Positions 1 to 9,497 of a stretch of DNA of 64,000 bases are shown here, one piece after another. The stretch comes from an uncultured Bdellovibrionales bacterium (GTDB lineage: Bacteria; Bdellovibrionota_C; UBA2361; OMII01). Each line of letters opens with the position of its first letter. The stretch's first letter is position 1. Location: the NCBI GenBank assembly GCA_964413875.1, contig CAYPUA010000007.1:45139-109138 (forward strand), read 5' to 3'. Below the pieces are notes generated by a model that had not been told where the DNA came from, did no database searches, and saw only the letters and a program-made list of their open reading frames with translations. The translations under genes and the position numbers were made by a program.

Positions 1-90
1 GTACAGGGGGGGATTCTTCATGGCGGCAGTATAGCCGCATGAAGGGCGGAAATGGAATCTGGCAATAGGGCTGCCGGGAGCGCACCCATC

Positions 91-1143
91 TCAGCTTTTA
101 AGCCACGCCACTACGGTCAGCTCATTTTTGTTGTTCGTGAGCTGCTTGCCAGCAAAGCGGTGACACGATGTCGAGAGTAGCGCTTTGACTCTTTGAAGCA
201 CGACGAACTCTGGCTCGCCCTTAAACTTGATGGTGACGCAGAGGGTGCGGCAGAGCCGTTCTTTAATCCAGCGCTCGATCAGGGAGAGTGTTTTCTCTGG
301 GGCAGAGATCACGTCGCACACCATCAGGTCGAGTGTCTTCTCCGGCGTCCAGGCGAAGGCGTCGCCCTTAACGAAAGTGACGAACCTGTTTTTCATGAGA
401 GGGGGATCGAGTGGGCTGCGGTCGATAGCCCAGACGCGGCAGCCTGCTTTCGCTAGGACGTGCGTCCAGCCCCCTGGAGACGCTCCGAGATCGGCGCACT
501 GCATTCCTCCCCGGAGAGAGATCCCGAAGACATCTTGGGCCTCGATGAGCTTCTTGAACGCTCTTGATGGGGGAGCCCGGTCGTCGGGTACTGCGACGTA
601 GCCTGCGAGGTGCGAAGAGATCGCTGGTCCGGCCAGCTTTCGGTCGCGCGGTGTGGCAAGGCTTATGAAGCCGCGCTCTGGGGTAATAAGGAGTATCTGA
701 ACGAGCGTGGTCTCTGCGGTGGGTGTTGTCAGGAGGCTTTTAAGAAGTGACCGCCGCTTCTCTTTGAGCAGCGCTAGGGTTTCCTTCTCAATCAGCTTCG
801 CTCGCGAATACTGCTTTCCGCTATCCGCGGAAGCTGGCTCGAAGATGTGCAGGCTCCAGGGCTCATTTCCCTCCCCGAGGAGGTGTGTGAGCTGCTCTAG
901 CAGCAGCCTGGCCCATTGTTTGACGGATGGTGCACTGAGCTCTTCGGGGCGAGGGAGGAGCTGTGTAGCAAAGAAAAGGGGAGAAGTGTCGAGGTGACGC
1001 GGATCGAAACCAGAAAGCTCTACCACCCCGGTGTCAAGCTCGGTACACTGCGGGCGAGGCTCCAGGGCTTCGCACTCGCGGTCGATACAGCTCTCCTGTC
1101 CGGCTCGAGTGATACAGATGTAGTTTGTAAGGTTCCCGTTCAT
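91..1143 (-). CDS. rlmM: 23S rRNA (cytidine-2'-O)-methyltransferase RlmM (FtsJ-like fold). The likely start is the Met of MNGNLTNYICITRAGQ, which aligns to the E. coli RlmM N-terminus.
   Basis: SAM-binding motif DLGASPGGWTHVLAKAG. Collinear with E. coli RlmM: N-terminal MN..L..CR.G.E.EC motif and a C-terminal KFKGEPE-like tail. Confidence 0.75.
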   Translation of the reverse strand: MNGNLTNYICITRAGQESCIDRECEALEPRPQCTELDTGVVELSGFDPRHLDTSPLFFATQLLPRPEELSAPSVKQWARLLLEQLTHLLGEGNEPWSLHIFEPASADSGKQYSRAKLIEKETLALLKEKRRSLLKSLLTTPTAETTLVQILLITPERGFISLATPRDRKLAGPAISSHLAGYVAVPDDRAPPSRAFKKLIEAQDVFGISLRGGMQCADLGASPGGWTHVLAKAGCRVWAIDRSPLDPPLMKNRFVTFVKGDAFAWTPEKTLDLMVCDVISAPEKTLSLIERWIKERLCRTLCVTIKFKGEPEFVVLQRVKALLSTSCHRFAGKQLTNNKNELTVVAWLKS

Positions 1144-1171
1144 GCCTAAGCGCCCGTTCCAGTCGAGTACC

Positions 1172-2023
1172 ATGAAGCGCCCCCGCGGGCGAGGGGGGTC
1201 GCGGCCGCCTCCGAAACCGGTGCATCGTGAGGATCTCACGAAGTTCGTCGGCGTGCAGTGCTGTCGGGCGATCTTTGATGGTCGCCGCAGCGATATTCGC
1301 CGCGTGTTCGTGCAGGAGGGCTTCGAGGAGGCTTTCTTCGGGGTCTTGAGGTGGGCCGAGCGGCGTGGCTTGCCGGCCAGAGTGGTTAACAGTGAGGAGC
1401 TGTCCCGTGTTGCGGGGACGGATCACCACGAGGGGGTTTGCTTCGAGGCGAAGCCTCTCGCTGGGCTGCAGCCCGGGGAGCTGAAGCGTCGTATCGCGGA
1501 TCTGCAGCGAGGCGTTATTGTTGTCCTTGAGTCGGTTGAGAATCCGCACAACGTGGGCGCGATTCTTAGAACCGCGTGTTTTTTCGGGGTGTCGGCGGTG
1601 ATTGTGTGCTCGCCGAACATCTCCTCGCTCTCGGGTGCTGCGTGCCGAATCGCGGAGGGTGCTGCCGAGCACGTGCCCCTCTGTATTGTGCCTGAGTACA
1701 GCAACCTGTTCGGGGTGCTAAAGGCAAAGGGTTTTTCGATCGTTGCCACGACGCCGCACTCGGCGCGCCCGCTCTACAGCGTGAAGTGGCCAGAGAAGGC
1801 GGCGATATTCTTTGGCGCAGAGGGCAGTGGTCTGTCGGAGTCCGTTCTCAAGGCGGCTGACATGCGCGTTTCGATTCCGCGGCTCGGTCCTGTTGAGAGC
1901 CTCAACGTGGCTGCCTCTGTGGCGAGCGTGCTGACAGAGGCGCGGCGCGAGGTGGTTACGAAGGGGCTCGTGCGACGGGTGGACCCGTCAGGCGACGTTG
2001 GCGGAGAGGATTCGCAAAGCTAG
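1172..2023 (+). CDS. TrmH/SpoU-family RNA 2'-O-ribose methyltransferase (RlmB-like, with an N-terminal substrate-binding domain). The start is uncertain; the ORF opens at 1142 and overlaps the rlmM start.
   Basis: SpoU motifs: VLESVENPHNVGAILRTACFFGV, FFGAEGSGLS, IPRLGPVESLNVAASVASVL. Confidence 0.7.
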   Translation: MKRPRGRGGSRPPPKPVHREDLTKFVGVQCCRAIFDGRRSDIRRVFVQEGFEEAFFGVLRWAERRGLPARVVNSEELSRVAGTDHHEGVCFEAKPLAGLQPGELKRRIADLQRGVIVVLESVENPHNVGAILRTACFFGVSAVIVCSPNISSLSGAACRIAEGAAEHVPLCIVPEYSNLFGVLKAKGFSIVATTPHSARPLYSVKWPEKAAIFFGAEGSGLSESVLKAADMRVSIPRLGPVESLNVAASVASVLTEARREVVTKGLVRRVDPSGDVGGEDSQS

Positions 2024-3184
2024 CCGTTCGGGCGAGAGTATCTTTGCCACGTCGGAGAGCTCGCCGAGCGGCTCGTTGGAGATGAGTCGAGCTACGATTT
2101 CGCCGCTCATCGGGCAGGAATTTAATCCCCGGCTGCCGTGTCCTAGGCTCACGTACATTCCCGGTAGTGGTCTCGTCTGCACTCTTGCGAGCAGGTCAGT
2201 GCCTGACTGGTAGCTCTGTGCTTCGCTGCGCATCGACGAGAAGTCAGGGAGGGCTCCCACGTAGGGCAACCGATCAAAAGTTGATGTGCGGAAGCAGGCG
2301 CGAGCTGCCTGCGGCGCGGTGCTGGCGGGGAAAAGGCTTGGCGCCCAGCGCCGAAGCCGCTCGAGGATCTCTGTGCTGTCCTCGCTGAGCGCTTCTGTGC
2401 GGTGATCCTGGTGGCGATACAGGGCGCCTGCTAGGTGTAGGCCGCCTGACTCTGGGGTTATGTAGCCGTCGAAGCACAGTAGGGTCTTAAGTTTCTGAGA
2501 GTGCGTGGTCGGCGAGAGGAGGAGTGTCTGCCCTCGCACTGCTTCAACCGGGAGAAGTTGTGCGCAGGTCAGGCTCGTGCTCTCGTGTGCGGCGCACAGC
2601 ACAACGGATTTGCTCTCGACGACTTCGCCGGTTGAGATTTCGGTGCGCCAGAGGCCAGCGCTGCGTTGCAGTGCAACGGCGCTGCTCGATGTTTTAACTT
2701 TGACTGAGTGCTTCACCATTGCTTGCACGAGGTCTCTCGGGCTTACAAACCCCGCTTCGGAGGCGTAGAAGGCTTCAGAAGAAACTTCAATTTCGGAGAG
2801 CTGGCTTGCTTCTTGTGCCGAGACGCGGCGCACCGTGCACGGAGAGAGCAGGGGAGTTTGAGTGGCGACGAGTCGCTCTAAGCGTTGAGTCGACGGAAGC
2901 TGAATGCCTCCTGAGGGGCGGAATAACCTGCTCTCTCCTAGTTCGCCTGTCAGCAGCTGACGAGTGAAGGTGAATCCTGCGGAGTATGCTCGCTCGAAGT
3001 TGGATGGCCGGTCTGTGATGTAGGGCATGATGAGCCCATACGCGTTGCCGGAGGCTTTCTGCGCGAGTTCGGGATACGCCTCGCACAGCATAACGTCGGC
3101 GCCTCGTTTGGCTAGCGCCGATGCTGCTGCGGCTCCCGCAAGGCCTCCTCCGAGCACTAATGAGTCGCAGCAGATTGATGGCAT
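1988..3184 (-). CDS. FAD-dependent oxidoreductase of the DAO family (MnmC C-terminal domain / glycine-oxidase-like).
   Basis: N-terminal Rossmann FAD motif VLGGGLAGAAAASALAKRGADVMLCE. Length ~400 aa. Sits among RNA-modification genes. Confidence 0.55.
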   Translation of the reverse strand: MPSICCDSLVLGGGLAGAAAASALAKRGADVMLCEAYPELAQKASGNAYGLIMPYITDRPSNFERAYSAGFTFTRQLLTGELGESRLFRPSGGIQLPSTQRLERLVATQTPLLSPCTVRRVSAQEASQLSEIEVSSEAFYASEAGFVSPRDLVQAMVKHSVKVKTSSSAVALQRSAGLWRTEISTGEVVESKSVVLCAAHESTSLTCAQLLPVEAVRGQTLLLSPTTHSQKLKTLLCFDGYITPESGGLHLAGALYRHQDHRTEALSEDSTEILERLRRWAPSLFPASTAPQAARACFRTSTFDRLPYVGALPDFSSMRSEAQSYQSGTDLLARVQTRPLPGMYVSLGHGSRGLNSCPMSGEIVARLISNEPLGELSDVAKILSPERLALRILSANVA

Positions 3185-3366
3185 CTTCGTTTTAGCTCAC
3201 TCCAAGGGATAGCTCGTACCGAGCGGGATCATATACTCTCCCCTGGGTTCGGCGGAAGAAGCTAGGTCTCCTCTTCGATGCGAAGCTAGTGGTATTGTGC
3301 GCTGAGTCGAGTCTCTGTTGCGCGCTTGAGTGAGTGCCAGTAGCGTAAAGGATATTCTTTTGGAGT

Positions 3367-4203
3367 TTGCGCGTGTCTGATTGGTTAATCGCGATCATTC
3401 TTGGCTTGGTTGAGGGGGTGACGGAGTTTCTCCCGGTTTCAAGCACTGGTCACTTGATCTTGTTTGGCGATCTGCTGGGCTTCACGGGAGAGAAAGAAGA
3501 GAAGTTCAAGGTCATCATCCAGCTTGGGGCCATCCTGAGTGTCGTGCTGCTGTATCGTGCAAGGTTCTTCGCGCTGCTGTCGGGATTGGGTGCAGATATC
3601 TCTCGTCCATCGGCGTGGTTTGAGCCGGGTTTGCGGGGAGCACGGGGGTTGCTCAAGCTCGGCCTCGCTTCGGCGCCGGCATTGGTTGTTGGGTTCCTCT
3701 TCCGGCATCAGATCAAGCAGTACTTGTTTTCGCCGACACCGGTGCTTGTGGCTTTTGCGGTTGGTGCGGTTGCGATGTTGGTTGTCGACCGGGGATCACG
3801 CGGCTCTTCAGGTGTTGAAGTAGACTCTCTCTCTTGGAGACAGAGCTTTCTCATCGGTTGTGTGCAGTGCTTCGCACTCTGGCCAGGAATGTCGCGCTCG
3901 GCTTCTACTATTGTTGGTGGAATGTTGGCGGGGCTGTCCCGTCGTGCGGCTGCAGAGTTTTCGTTTCTGGTTGCGGTTCCGGTGCTGAGTGCGGCTGCAC
4001 TCTTCGAGCTTATTGACGCAGTGCAGATATTCCTTCTCGAAGAGCTGGCTGTTGTCGCGGTTGGATTCGTTGTTTCTTTTTTGTCGGCTGTTGTTGCGAT
4101 CAAAGCTTTTATCGGTGTCGTGAGCCGGTGGAGCTTGCGGCCGTTTGCGTGGTACCGGCTGGCGGTAGTGCTGGTTGTTGCAGTGACTTTTCTCTTTTCC
4201 TAA
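3367..4203 (+). CDS. uppP: Undecaprenyl-diphosphate phosphatase UppP (BacA).
   Basis: Signature GVTEFLPVSSTGHLIL near the N-terminus. Multi-pass membrane protein of ~278 aa. TTG/GTG start. Confidence 0.85.
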   Translation: MRVSDWLIAIILGLVEGVTEFLPVSSTGHLILFGDLLGFTGEKEEKFKVIIQLGAILSVVLLYRARFFALLSGLGADISRPSAWFEPGLRGARGLLKLGLASAPALVVGFLFRHQIKQYLFSPTPVLVAFAVGAVAMLVVDRGSRGSSGVEVDSLSWRQSFLIGCVQCFALWPGMSRSASTIVGGMLAGLSRRAAAEFSFLVAVPVLSAAALFELIDAVQIFLLEELAVVAVGFVVSFLSAVVAIKAFIGVVSRWSLRPFAWYRLAVVLVVAVTFLFS

Positions 4204-4799
4204 GGCCAACGTGTCGTTCTGTGCGAGTGGCGAGCAGCGAAGCGCTGTTGGTAGCTACACGTGTATCGTAGGAGCTTCTTCGTTTTGATTTAATTGTGGG
4301 GGAGTTGAGATAAAGGGATGAAGTGGAAGCTCAGCAAAGAAACCTTAGGAAAAAAACGTGTAAAAACACGTTGAACCTAAAGTTGCTTTGAGCGATCACC
4401 ACCGAACCCTTCCGGGAGAAACGCTCGGTGGTGAGCTCAAATCAACAAAACCGTGAATCCTTACGGACGCACAAACCTTTCAAGAAACCTTCCGCACCTT
4501 TACTTGCGGAGCTTCTCACTTCGTACGATGCCCCGTGGAGGCAGCCTGCGAAGCGCGTTTGTTAGTTCTCTATTAGCCAGTATATCGGCAAGGATAGGCC
4601 AACTCAAAGTTGTTTTTGGGGGGTCCTTTTCGGGCAAAAGAGCTGTAGGCGGTACGAAGTGGTGAGAAATCAGCCGGTTAGCCTTTTTGTCGATTATTTG
4701 CGGTGACTTGAGAAATCCGACGAGTTTTCCGACTGGTGGCAATAGGAGCAATCTATAAACTACCCGTTCGATGCGAGTGGTTTCGAATAGAGAGAGGTG

Positions 4800-5888
4800 A
4801 TGCGCAGGGTACTGCAGGTTCTCATGCCACTGGAGTGGCTGGTCTTACTCTTTGGTTTTTTCGCCGTTGCGGTGTACTCGCTGCTCGGGCGACCGCTTCC
4901 GGATCTCTATGCGGCTCTCAATCTGCCGCTGCCTCATCTCTCTGGTGTGAGCGATGCAGCTGCTGCGGTGGCGACTGGTGGTGCTGCAGTTAAATTCGGA
5001 CTGCCTTTCCTTCTGCTTTTTACTCTCAGCATTGAGAATTACGCATTTATCCTGCTCATTTTCATTCTGTTCAGTGCTTTGAAGGTCGTGCACGAGAATC
5101 GTTGGCGGCTGAGGAATGTTTCTTGGTCCGCCTTTGGGATTTCGGTGCTCCAACGCATCTCCTTGGTGCAACTGCTGCAAGACTTTCGCTTCTTGAGCGC
5201 GACAGTAATCATGTTCGCTGAGTTTGCGATTCTCAAGAATCTTATTCCGCACGTTAGTGGTGGCTCATGGGACCAGTGGCTGATTGCGTCGGATCGGTTG
5301 CTGTGCAGTGGAAAGATGTGTTCAGAGGTGCTGCTGTCCTGGTTTGGGGCTGGCGCTCTCGAATCGGTTTCTGGGCACTACCTCTTCTTCTTCCGGTACC
5401 TGTCACTTGTTGCCACTTTCTTCGTAGTTGCGGTTCCCCGGAAGATTACGCAGGAGTGTCTCTGCGCGCTGATTGCGGCATACCTCTTCGGGGTTCTGTG
5501 GGTCTACGGGATGCCGTCTACTGGCCCGGTATTCGTTCATGGTGAGCTCTACACATTCATGGCAGATGGCCAGATTGCGGGATTGCAGCGAGGTCTTCTT
5601 GAGTCTCAAGGGCAGGTGTACTTGATCTCTGGTTTGCCGAGCTTGCATGTAGCGGTGGTAGTCATTGGTAGTATCTTTCTGTGGAAGGTAAGCCGATTGC
5701 TGGCGGGTGCGAGTTGGGCATTTACGCTGCTTACGATCAACAGCACGGTGTATCTCGGCTGGCACTACGTTCTCGATGATGTTGCGGCGGTGATGCTCGC
5801 TTTTGGAGTGGTGTGGCTTGCACGGGCCTGCTCGTGGAAGTGGGCGGGGTATCGTGATGGTGGGCTGTTTCTTCGAACTCTCCCGTGA
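4800..5888 (+). CDS. PAP2-family (type 2 phosphatidic acid phosphatase-like) integral membrane phosphatase.
   Basis: Polytopic membrane protein with PAP2-like motifs (P)SLH in GLPSLHVAVV and HxxxD in GWHYVLDDVAA. ATG at 4800 is preceded by a GAGAGAGG ribosome-binding site. Confidence 0.5.
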   Translation: MRRVLQVLMPLEWLVLLFGFFAVAVYSLLGRPLPDLYAALNLPLPHLSGVSDAAAAVATGGAAVKFGLPFLLLFTLSIENYAFILLIFILFSALKVVHENRWRLRNVSWSAFGISVLQRISLVQLLQDFRFLSATVIMFAEFAILKNLIPHVSGGSWDQWLIASDRLLCSGKMCSEVLLSWFGAGALESVSGHYLFFFRYLSLVATFFVVAVPRKITQECLCALIAAYLFGVLWVYGMPSTGPVFVHGELYTFMADGQIAGLQRGLLESQGQVYLISGLPSLHVAVVVIGSIFLWKVSRLLAGASWAFTLLTINSTVYLGWHYVLDDVAAVMLAFGVVWLARACSWKWAGYRDGGLFLRTLP

Positions 5889-5927
5889 TTCGAGCGCACT
5901 AGTGCGCTGAGCTTCTCAAAAGCACTC

Positions 5928-8729
5928 TCACCGCACGGGGACAGCGTCCGAGGGCGGCGGGGTTTTAGCTGTCGGGCAGCCAGCAATTATCCTCTGAACT
6001 ACCGTAGCAATCTCACTAACGAGCGGTGCTGTCGGTTCGTTGGGGTTAGTCTTAGCCAGTTTTTCAAGATTTCCACAGAGCTCGCTCAATTCGGGATAAC
6101 CGTATAATCCAGCGCTTCCACGAAGTCGGTGGGCGAGAGACGCTAGCTTCGCGGAATCTCGGCTGTTAGCTGTAGCCTCGAGCTCCGAGAGTTTCTCTGG
6201 CAGTTTGCCGACAAACTCAATCACCAGAGGAAGAGTGTCGTCGTCCAGAAGATCTTTAGTTGTGAGGATAGGTGTGGCTGGAGAGCTGTCTTGAGGTGCT
6301 GGGAGCGTGGCAATGGGCAGAAACCGTTCGAGCATCCCTGAGAAGCCTTCCTTGCTAAATGGCTTGCTGAGGTGCATCGAGCAGCCGGCGTCGATCGCTT
6401 TTAGGATATCGCTCGTCATGGCGCCGGCAGAGAGGGCTACGATTGGGGTCTTGATTCCGGCTTGGCGAATTGCTCGGGCTGCAGACAGTCCATCGACGTG
6501 AGGCATCTGCACATCAAGGAGTATAAGATCGAACGTATCTTTCAATGCAGCGTCGACTGCTTGCTGGCCATCCTCGACAAGGGTGGGCGAAACCCCGGCT
6601 TTCTCGAGGAGATGGTTGACCAGTCGTCGATTGTCGAGGGCATCGTCAGCAAATAAAACTTTTCCTGAAAATGTTTTCGGGGGACTTGCGAGGGGGGAAG
6701 CTACCTGCTCAGAGGGGACCTCGTTGATAAGGCTGTCATCGGCTTCGATGCTTGGAGAGAGCCAGAACTTGAAGGATGAGCCCTTTCCTGGGGTGCTGAC
6801 CACCGAGATGTCTCCTCCTAGCGCATTCGCGAGGCGGCGGGAGATGCTCAGGCCTAGGCCGCTTCCCCCGTACTGGCGCGTAATCGACTCGTTTGCCTGG
6901 AAGAAGGGACGGAACAAGAGTCGTGACTGGTCTTCTGAGATCCCGATCCCAGAGTCGGTTACGGTGAAGAAGATCTGGCCGGCGGATTTGTCGTACTCGA
7001 CTTTCAGCTCTATCCATCCGCGAGAGGTGAACTTAATCGCATTGCTGAGGAGATTGATGAGGACCTGCTTGACGCGAAGGGGATCGGTGGTGATGTGCCC
7101 GGGGAGCGGCCACTTGTACTGTACCGAGAAAGATAGGGCCTTCTCGGCGATGCGCGGCGCAAACATGGTGCGAACTTCTTCCACGAGCTGTACCAGGCCG
7201 AAACTTCTCTTCTCGATTGTCAGGGCGCCTGCGTCAATCTTCGAGAGATCGAGTATTTCGTTGATAATGTCGAGAAGGTGTTGGCCATTGTTGAGGATAA
7301 TCTCAAGTGTGTGGAGTCGGTCGGGTTCGGCCGATAGGTCCTCGCGCAGCGATTCGGCGAAACCGATGATAGCTGTCAGGGGTGTTCGGATTTCATGGCT
7401 CATGTTCGCGAGGAACTGGCTCTTGGCGTGCATCGCGGTCTCTGCTGCCTGCTTCGCAGCTAGAATTTCCGCGTTTGCTATTTTGAGTTGAGTGATGTCC
7501 TCAACGGTTCCTACCCAGCCGCTCACAGTGTCTGTTGAATTTATGGTTGCAGCTTTCACGGAGCACCAGGAAATAGATCCATCCGGCCGCTTGTAGCGGT
7601 GTGTTTCCTCGAAGGGCACTGTCGATCGCATCGCCGACTGCCAATTTTGGCTGACTCGTTCGCGGTCCTCCTCGGCTACTGCTCGAAGCCATCCTGAACC
7701 GAGGCTCTCACCAACCATTTGCCCTGAGATGCGCTGAAACTGGTGGTTTGTGTAAATGAAATTGCCGCTTGAGTCTGTGACGAAAATCCCGAGGGGAGCC
7801 GCTTCGCTTATGGCACGGAAGCGTGCTTCGTTGCTGTGAGTTGAAAGCTCTTCTTCGATTCTGCTGCTTAGGTCGACGCACGAAGAGACGTATGCCTCTA
7901 GTCGCCCCGAAGACGAGAAGAGGGGCATAGACTGTTCGAGCACCCAACGGTAGGTGCCGCTCGCATGGCGAAGGCGGAACTCTCGCTGAAATCGCCCGGA
8001 TTTCGCAGAGGCGTTTTTCCATTCTTTGTCGTAGCTCTCTCGATCGTCAGGGTGCAGGGTGTCCTTCCAACTTTCACCGAGGCTGTCTTCCTGGCTTAGG
8101 CCGGTAAATTCACACCATGCGGAATTGAAGAAGGTGCGATTCCCTGCCTGGTCTGATATCCACATGAGAATTGGTGATGCATCAGCTATGAGCCGAAATC
8201 GCCGCTCGGTTTCGCCGAGAACATCTATCGTTGTCTTTACTTTGAGGAGCTGCTGTCGGAGCTCCATTTGCAAAACAGCCTGTCGTGCGAGGGATCGCAA
8301 TGCAGCTTGCTGCGCTCCCGAGAGGGTACGCGGCTTATAATCCATGATACACAGCGACCCGATTGCAAAGCCGTCATTCGTAATGAGAGGAGCGCCGGCG
8401 TAAAAAACAATTGATGGGTCAGCCGCTACGAACTCGTTGGCCGCAAATCGGGAATCTTTCCGAGCATCCTCTACGATCAGCATCTGCTCTGAGAGAATTG
8501 TCTCGGAGCAGAAAGCAGACGAGCGATCCGTAAATGGGCGCTCGAAACCGATTCGGGCCTTGAACCATTGTCGGTGCTCATCGAGCAGGGAAATCAAGGC
8601 TATCGGGACCTGACAGATATCCGCGGCAATAGACACGATCTCATCGAACGCGGCCTCCGGCTGCGAGTCGAGGATCTCTAGCCCCTTAAGCCGCGTAACT
8701 CTCTGACGCTCATTTCCCGGAAGCCTCAT
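5928..8729 (-). CDS. Hybrid sensor histidine kinase / response regulator with GAF, PAS, HisKA, HATPase, REC and C-terminal Hpt domains.
   Basis: N-terminal GAF; PAS repeats; H-box HEIRTPLTAIIGFAESL; ATPase G-boxes DSGIGI and GGSGLGLSI; receiver VLFADDALDNRRL...DLILLDVQMP; C-terminal Hpt HRLRGSAGLYGYPEL. Confidence 0.85.
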   Translation of the reverse strand: MRLPGNERQRVTRLKGLEILDSQPEAAFDEIVSIAADICQVPIALISLLDEHRQWFKARIGFERPFTDRSSAFCSETILSEQMLIVEDARKDSRFAANEFVAADPSIVFYAGAPLITNDGFAIGSLCIMDYKPRTLSGAQQAALRSLARQAVLQMELRQQLLKVKTTIDVLGETERRFRLIADASPILMWISDQAGNRTFFNSAWCEFTGLSQEDSLGESWKDTLHPDDRESYDKEWKNASAKSGRFQREFRLRHASGTYRWVLEQSMPLFSSSGRLEAYVSSCVDLSSRIEEELSTHSNEARFRAISEAAPLGIFVTDSSGNFIYTNHQFQRISGQMVGESLGSGWLRAVAEEDRERVSQNWQSAMRSTVPFEETHRYKRPDGSISWCSVKAATINSTDTVSGWVGTVEDITQLKIANAEILAAKQAAETAMHAKSQFLANMSHEIRTPLTAIIGFAESLREDLSAEPDRLHTLEIILNNGQHLLDIINEILDLSKIDAGALTIEKRSFGLVQLVEEVRTMFAPRIAEKALSFSVQYKWPLPGHITTDPLRVKQVLINLLSNAIKFTSRGWIELKVEYDKSAGQIFFTVTDSGIGISEDQSRLLFRPFFQANESITRQYGGSGLGLSISRRLANALGGDISVVSTPGKGSSFKFWLSPSIEADDSLINEVPSEQVASPLASPPKTFSGKVLFADDALDNRRLVNHLLEKAGVSPTLVEDGQQAVDAALKDTFDLILLDVQMPHVDGLSAARAIRQAGIKTPIVALSAGAMTSDILKAIDAGCSMHLSKPFSKEGFSGMLERFLPIATLPAPQDSSPATPILTTKDLLDDDTLPLVIEFVGKLPEKLSELEATANSRDSAKLASLAHRLRGSAGLYGYPELSELCGNLEKLAKTNPNEPTAPLVSEIATVVQRIIAGCPTAKTPPPSDAVPVR

Positions 8730-8782
8730 CCCCTCATCCCCCTACCATCCCTATCGGCGCCCGCACCCACCCCCTTAAGCAA

Positions 8783-8804
8783 GTTCTCAGAGAGTTCGCG
8801 ATCG
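8783..8804. repeat. REP-like palindromic repeat, copy 1 (GTTCTCAGAGAGTTCGCG).
   Basis: Shares the TTCTCAGAGA core, with flanking CGCG/CGAA arms, with copies at 8876, 9406 and 11347. Intergenic. Confidence 0.5.
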
Positions 8805-8875
8805 CACTAAGATGTAATGGATACACCATGTTAGTCTGCCTAGCGGATAGTGTGTGCTGGGGGTACCCAACAGCA

Positions 8876-8900
8876 GCGCGAGTTCTCAGAGAGTTCGTGG
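8876..8900. repeat. REP-like palindromic repeat, copy 2 (GCGCGAGTTCTCAGAGAGTTCGTGG).
   Basis: Near-identical to copy 1 and 93 bp downstream of it, in the same hybrid-kinase/trmL intergenic space. Confidence 0.55.
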
Positions 8901-8939
8901 TGGGGTTCGTGGTGGGGCTCGTAATCGAAACGAGAGGAG

Positions 8940-9398
8940 TTACCTATCGAGGGCTAGCTGACGCCTCGCCTCATACAGGGCTATGGCGACGGCGTTGCTG
9001 AGATTGAGACTGCGCACGTAGTCCGTAATGATGGGTATTCGCAGGATTTGGGACTCAGGGAATTGACCGAGGAAAGCCTGTCCTAGCCCCTTGGTTTCAC
9101 TTCCGAACACTAGGGCATCGGTGGGACCGAAAGCCGCATCGGTATAAAGCCGCTCTCCAAACTTCGAGAAAAGCCATATCTTCCCTGGTCTCGACTGAGA
9201 GATGTAATCCTCCCAAGACTTGTGCTGTGCCAGTTTCACGAAGGGCCAGTAGTCGAGGCCGGCACGGCGCACTGCTTTCTCCGTGATCTTAAAACCCATG
9301 GGTTCAATGAGGTGGAGAGGGGTGTCCGTAGCTGCGCACGTTCGGGCAATCGACCCGGTGTTTTGAGGTATTTGAGGCTCTACTAAAACTATCTCCAC
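8940..9398 (-). CDS. trmL: tRNA (cytidine34/uridine34-2'-O)-methyltransferase TrmL (SpoU family, short form).
   Basis: MEIVLVEPQIPQNTGSIARTCAATDTPLHLIEPMGF aligns with the E. coli TrmL N-terminus. 152 aa. GTG start. Confidence 0.8.
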   Translation of the reverse strand: MEIVLVEPQIPQNTGSIARTCAATDTPLHLIEPMGFKITEKAVRRAGLDYWPFVKLAQHKSWEDYISQSRPGKIWLFSKFGERLYTDAAFGPTDALVFGSETKGLGQAFLGQFPESQILRIPIITDYVRSLNLSNAVAIALYEARRQLALDR

Positions 9399-9405
9399 AC
9401 GACAC

Positions 9406-9429
9406 CACGAATTCTCTGAGAGAACGCGC
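9406..9429. repeat. REP-like palindromic repeat, copy 3, in inverted orientation (CACGAATTCTCTGAGAGAACGCGC).
   Basis: The reverse complement, GCGCGTTCTCTCAGAGAATTCGTG, matches copies 1 and 2. Lies in the trmL-fpr intergenic region. Confidence 0.55.
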
Positions 9430-9497
9430 TTTTACATAAAAGAAAGAATTGTGGCGATAGGGTTCATTTTTATGAATCAGGACGGTATATTGGGAGC

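Noticed and set aside
4204-4799. Checked the AT-rich island for tmRNA, RNase P RNA and SRP RNA hallmarks: the tmRNA tRNA-like 3' end GGTTCGA.TCC...CCA, the RNase P AGGAAAGTCCGGGCTCC box, and the SRP GGAAGCAGCC motif.
   Set aside because: None of these conserved blocks is present. If an RNA is encoded here it is not one of these housekeeping classes, and the region is retained only as an unclassified candidate.
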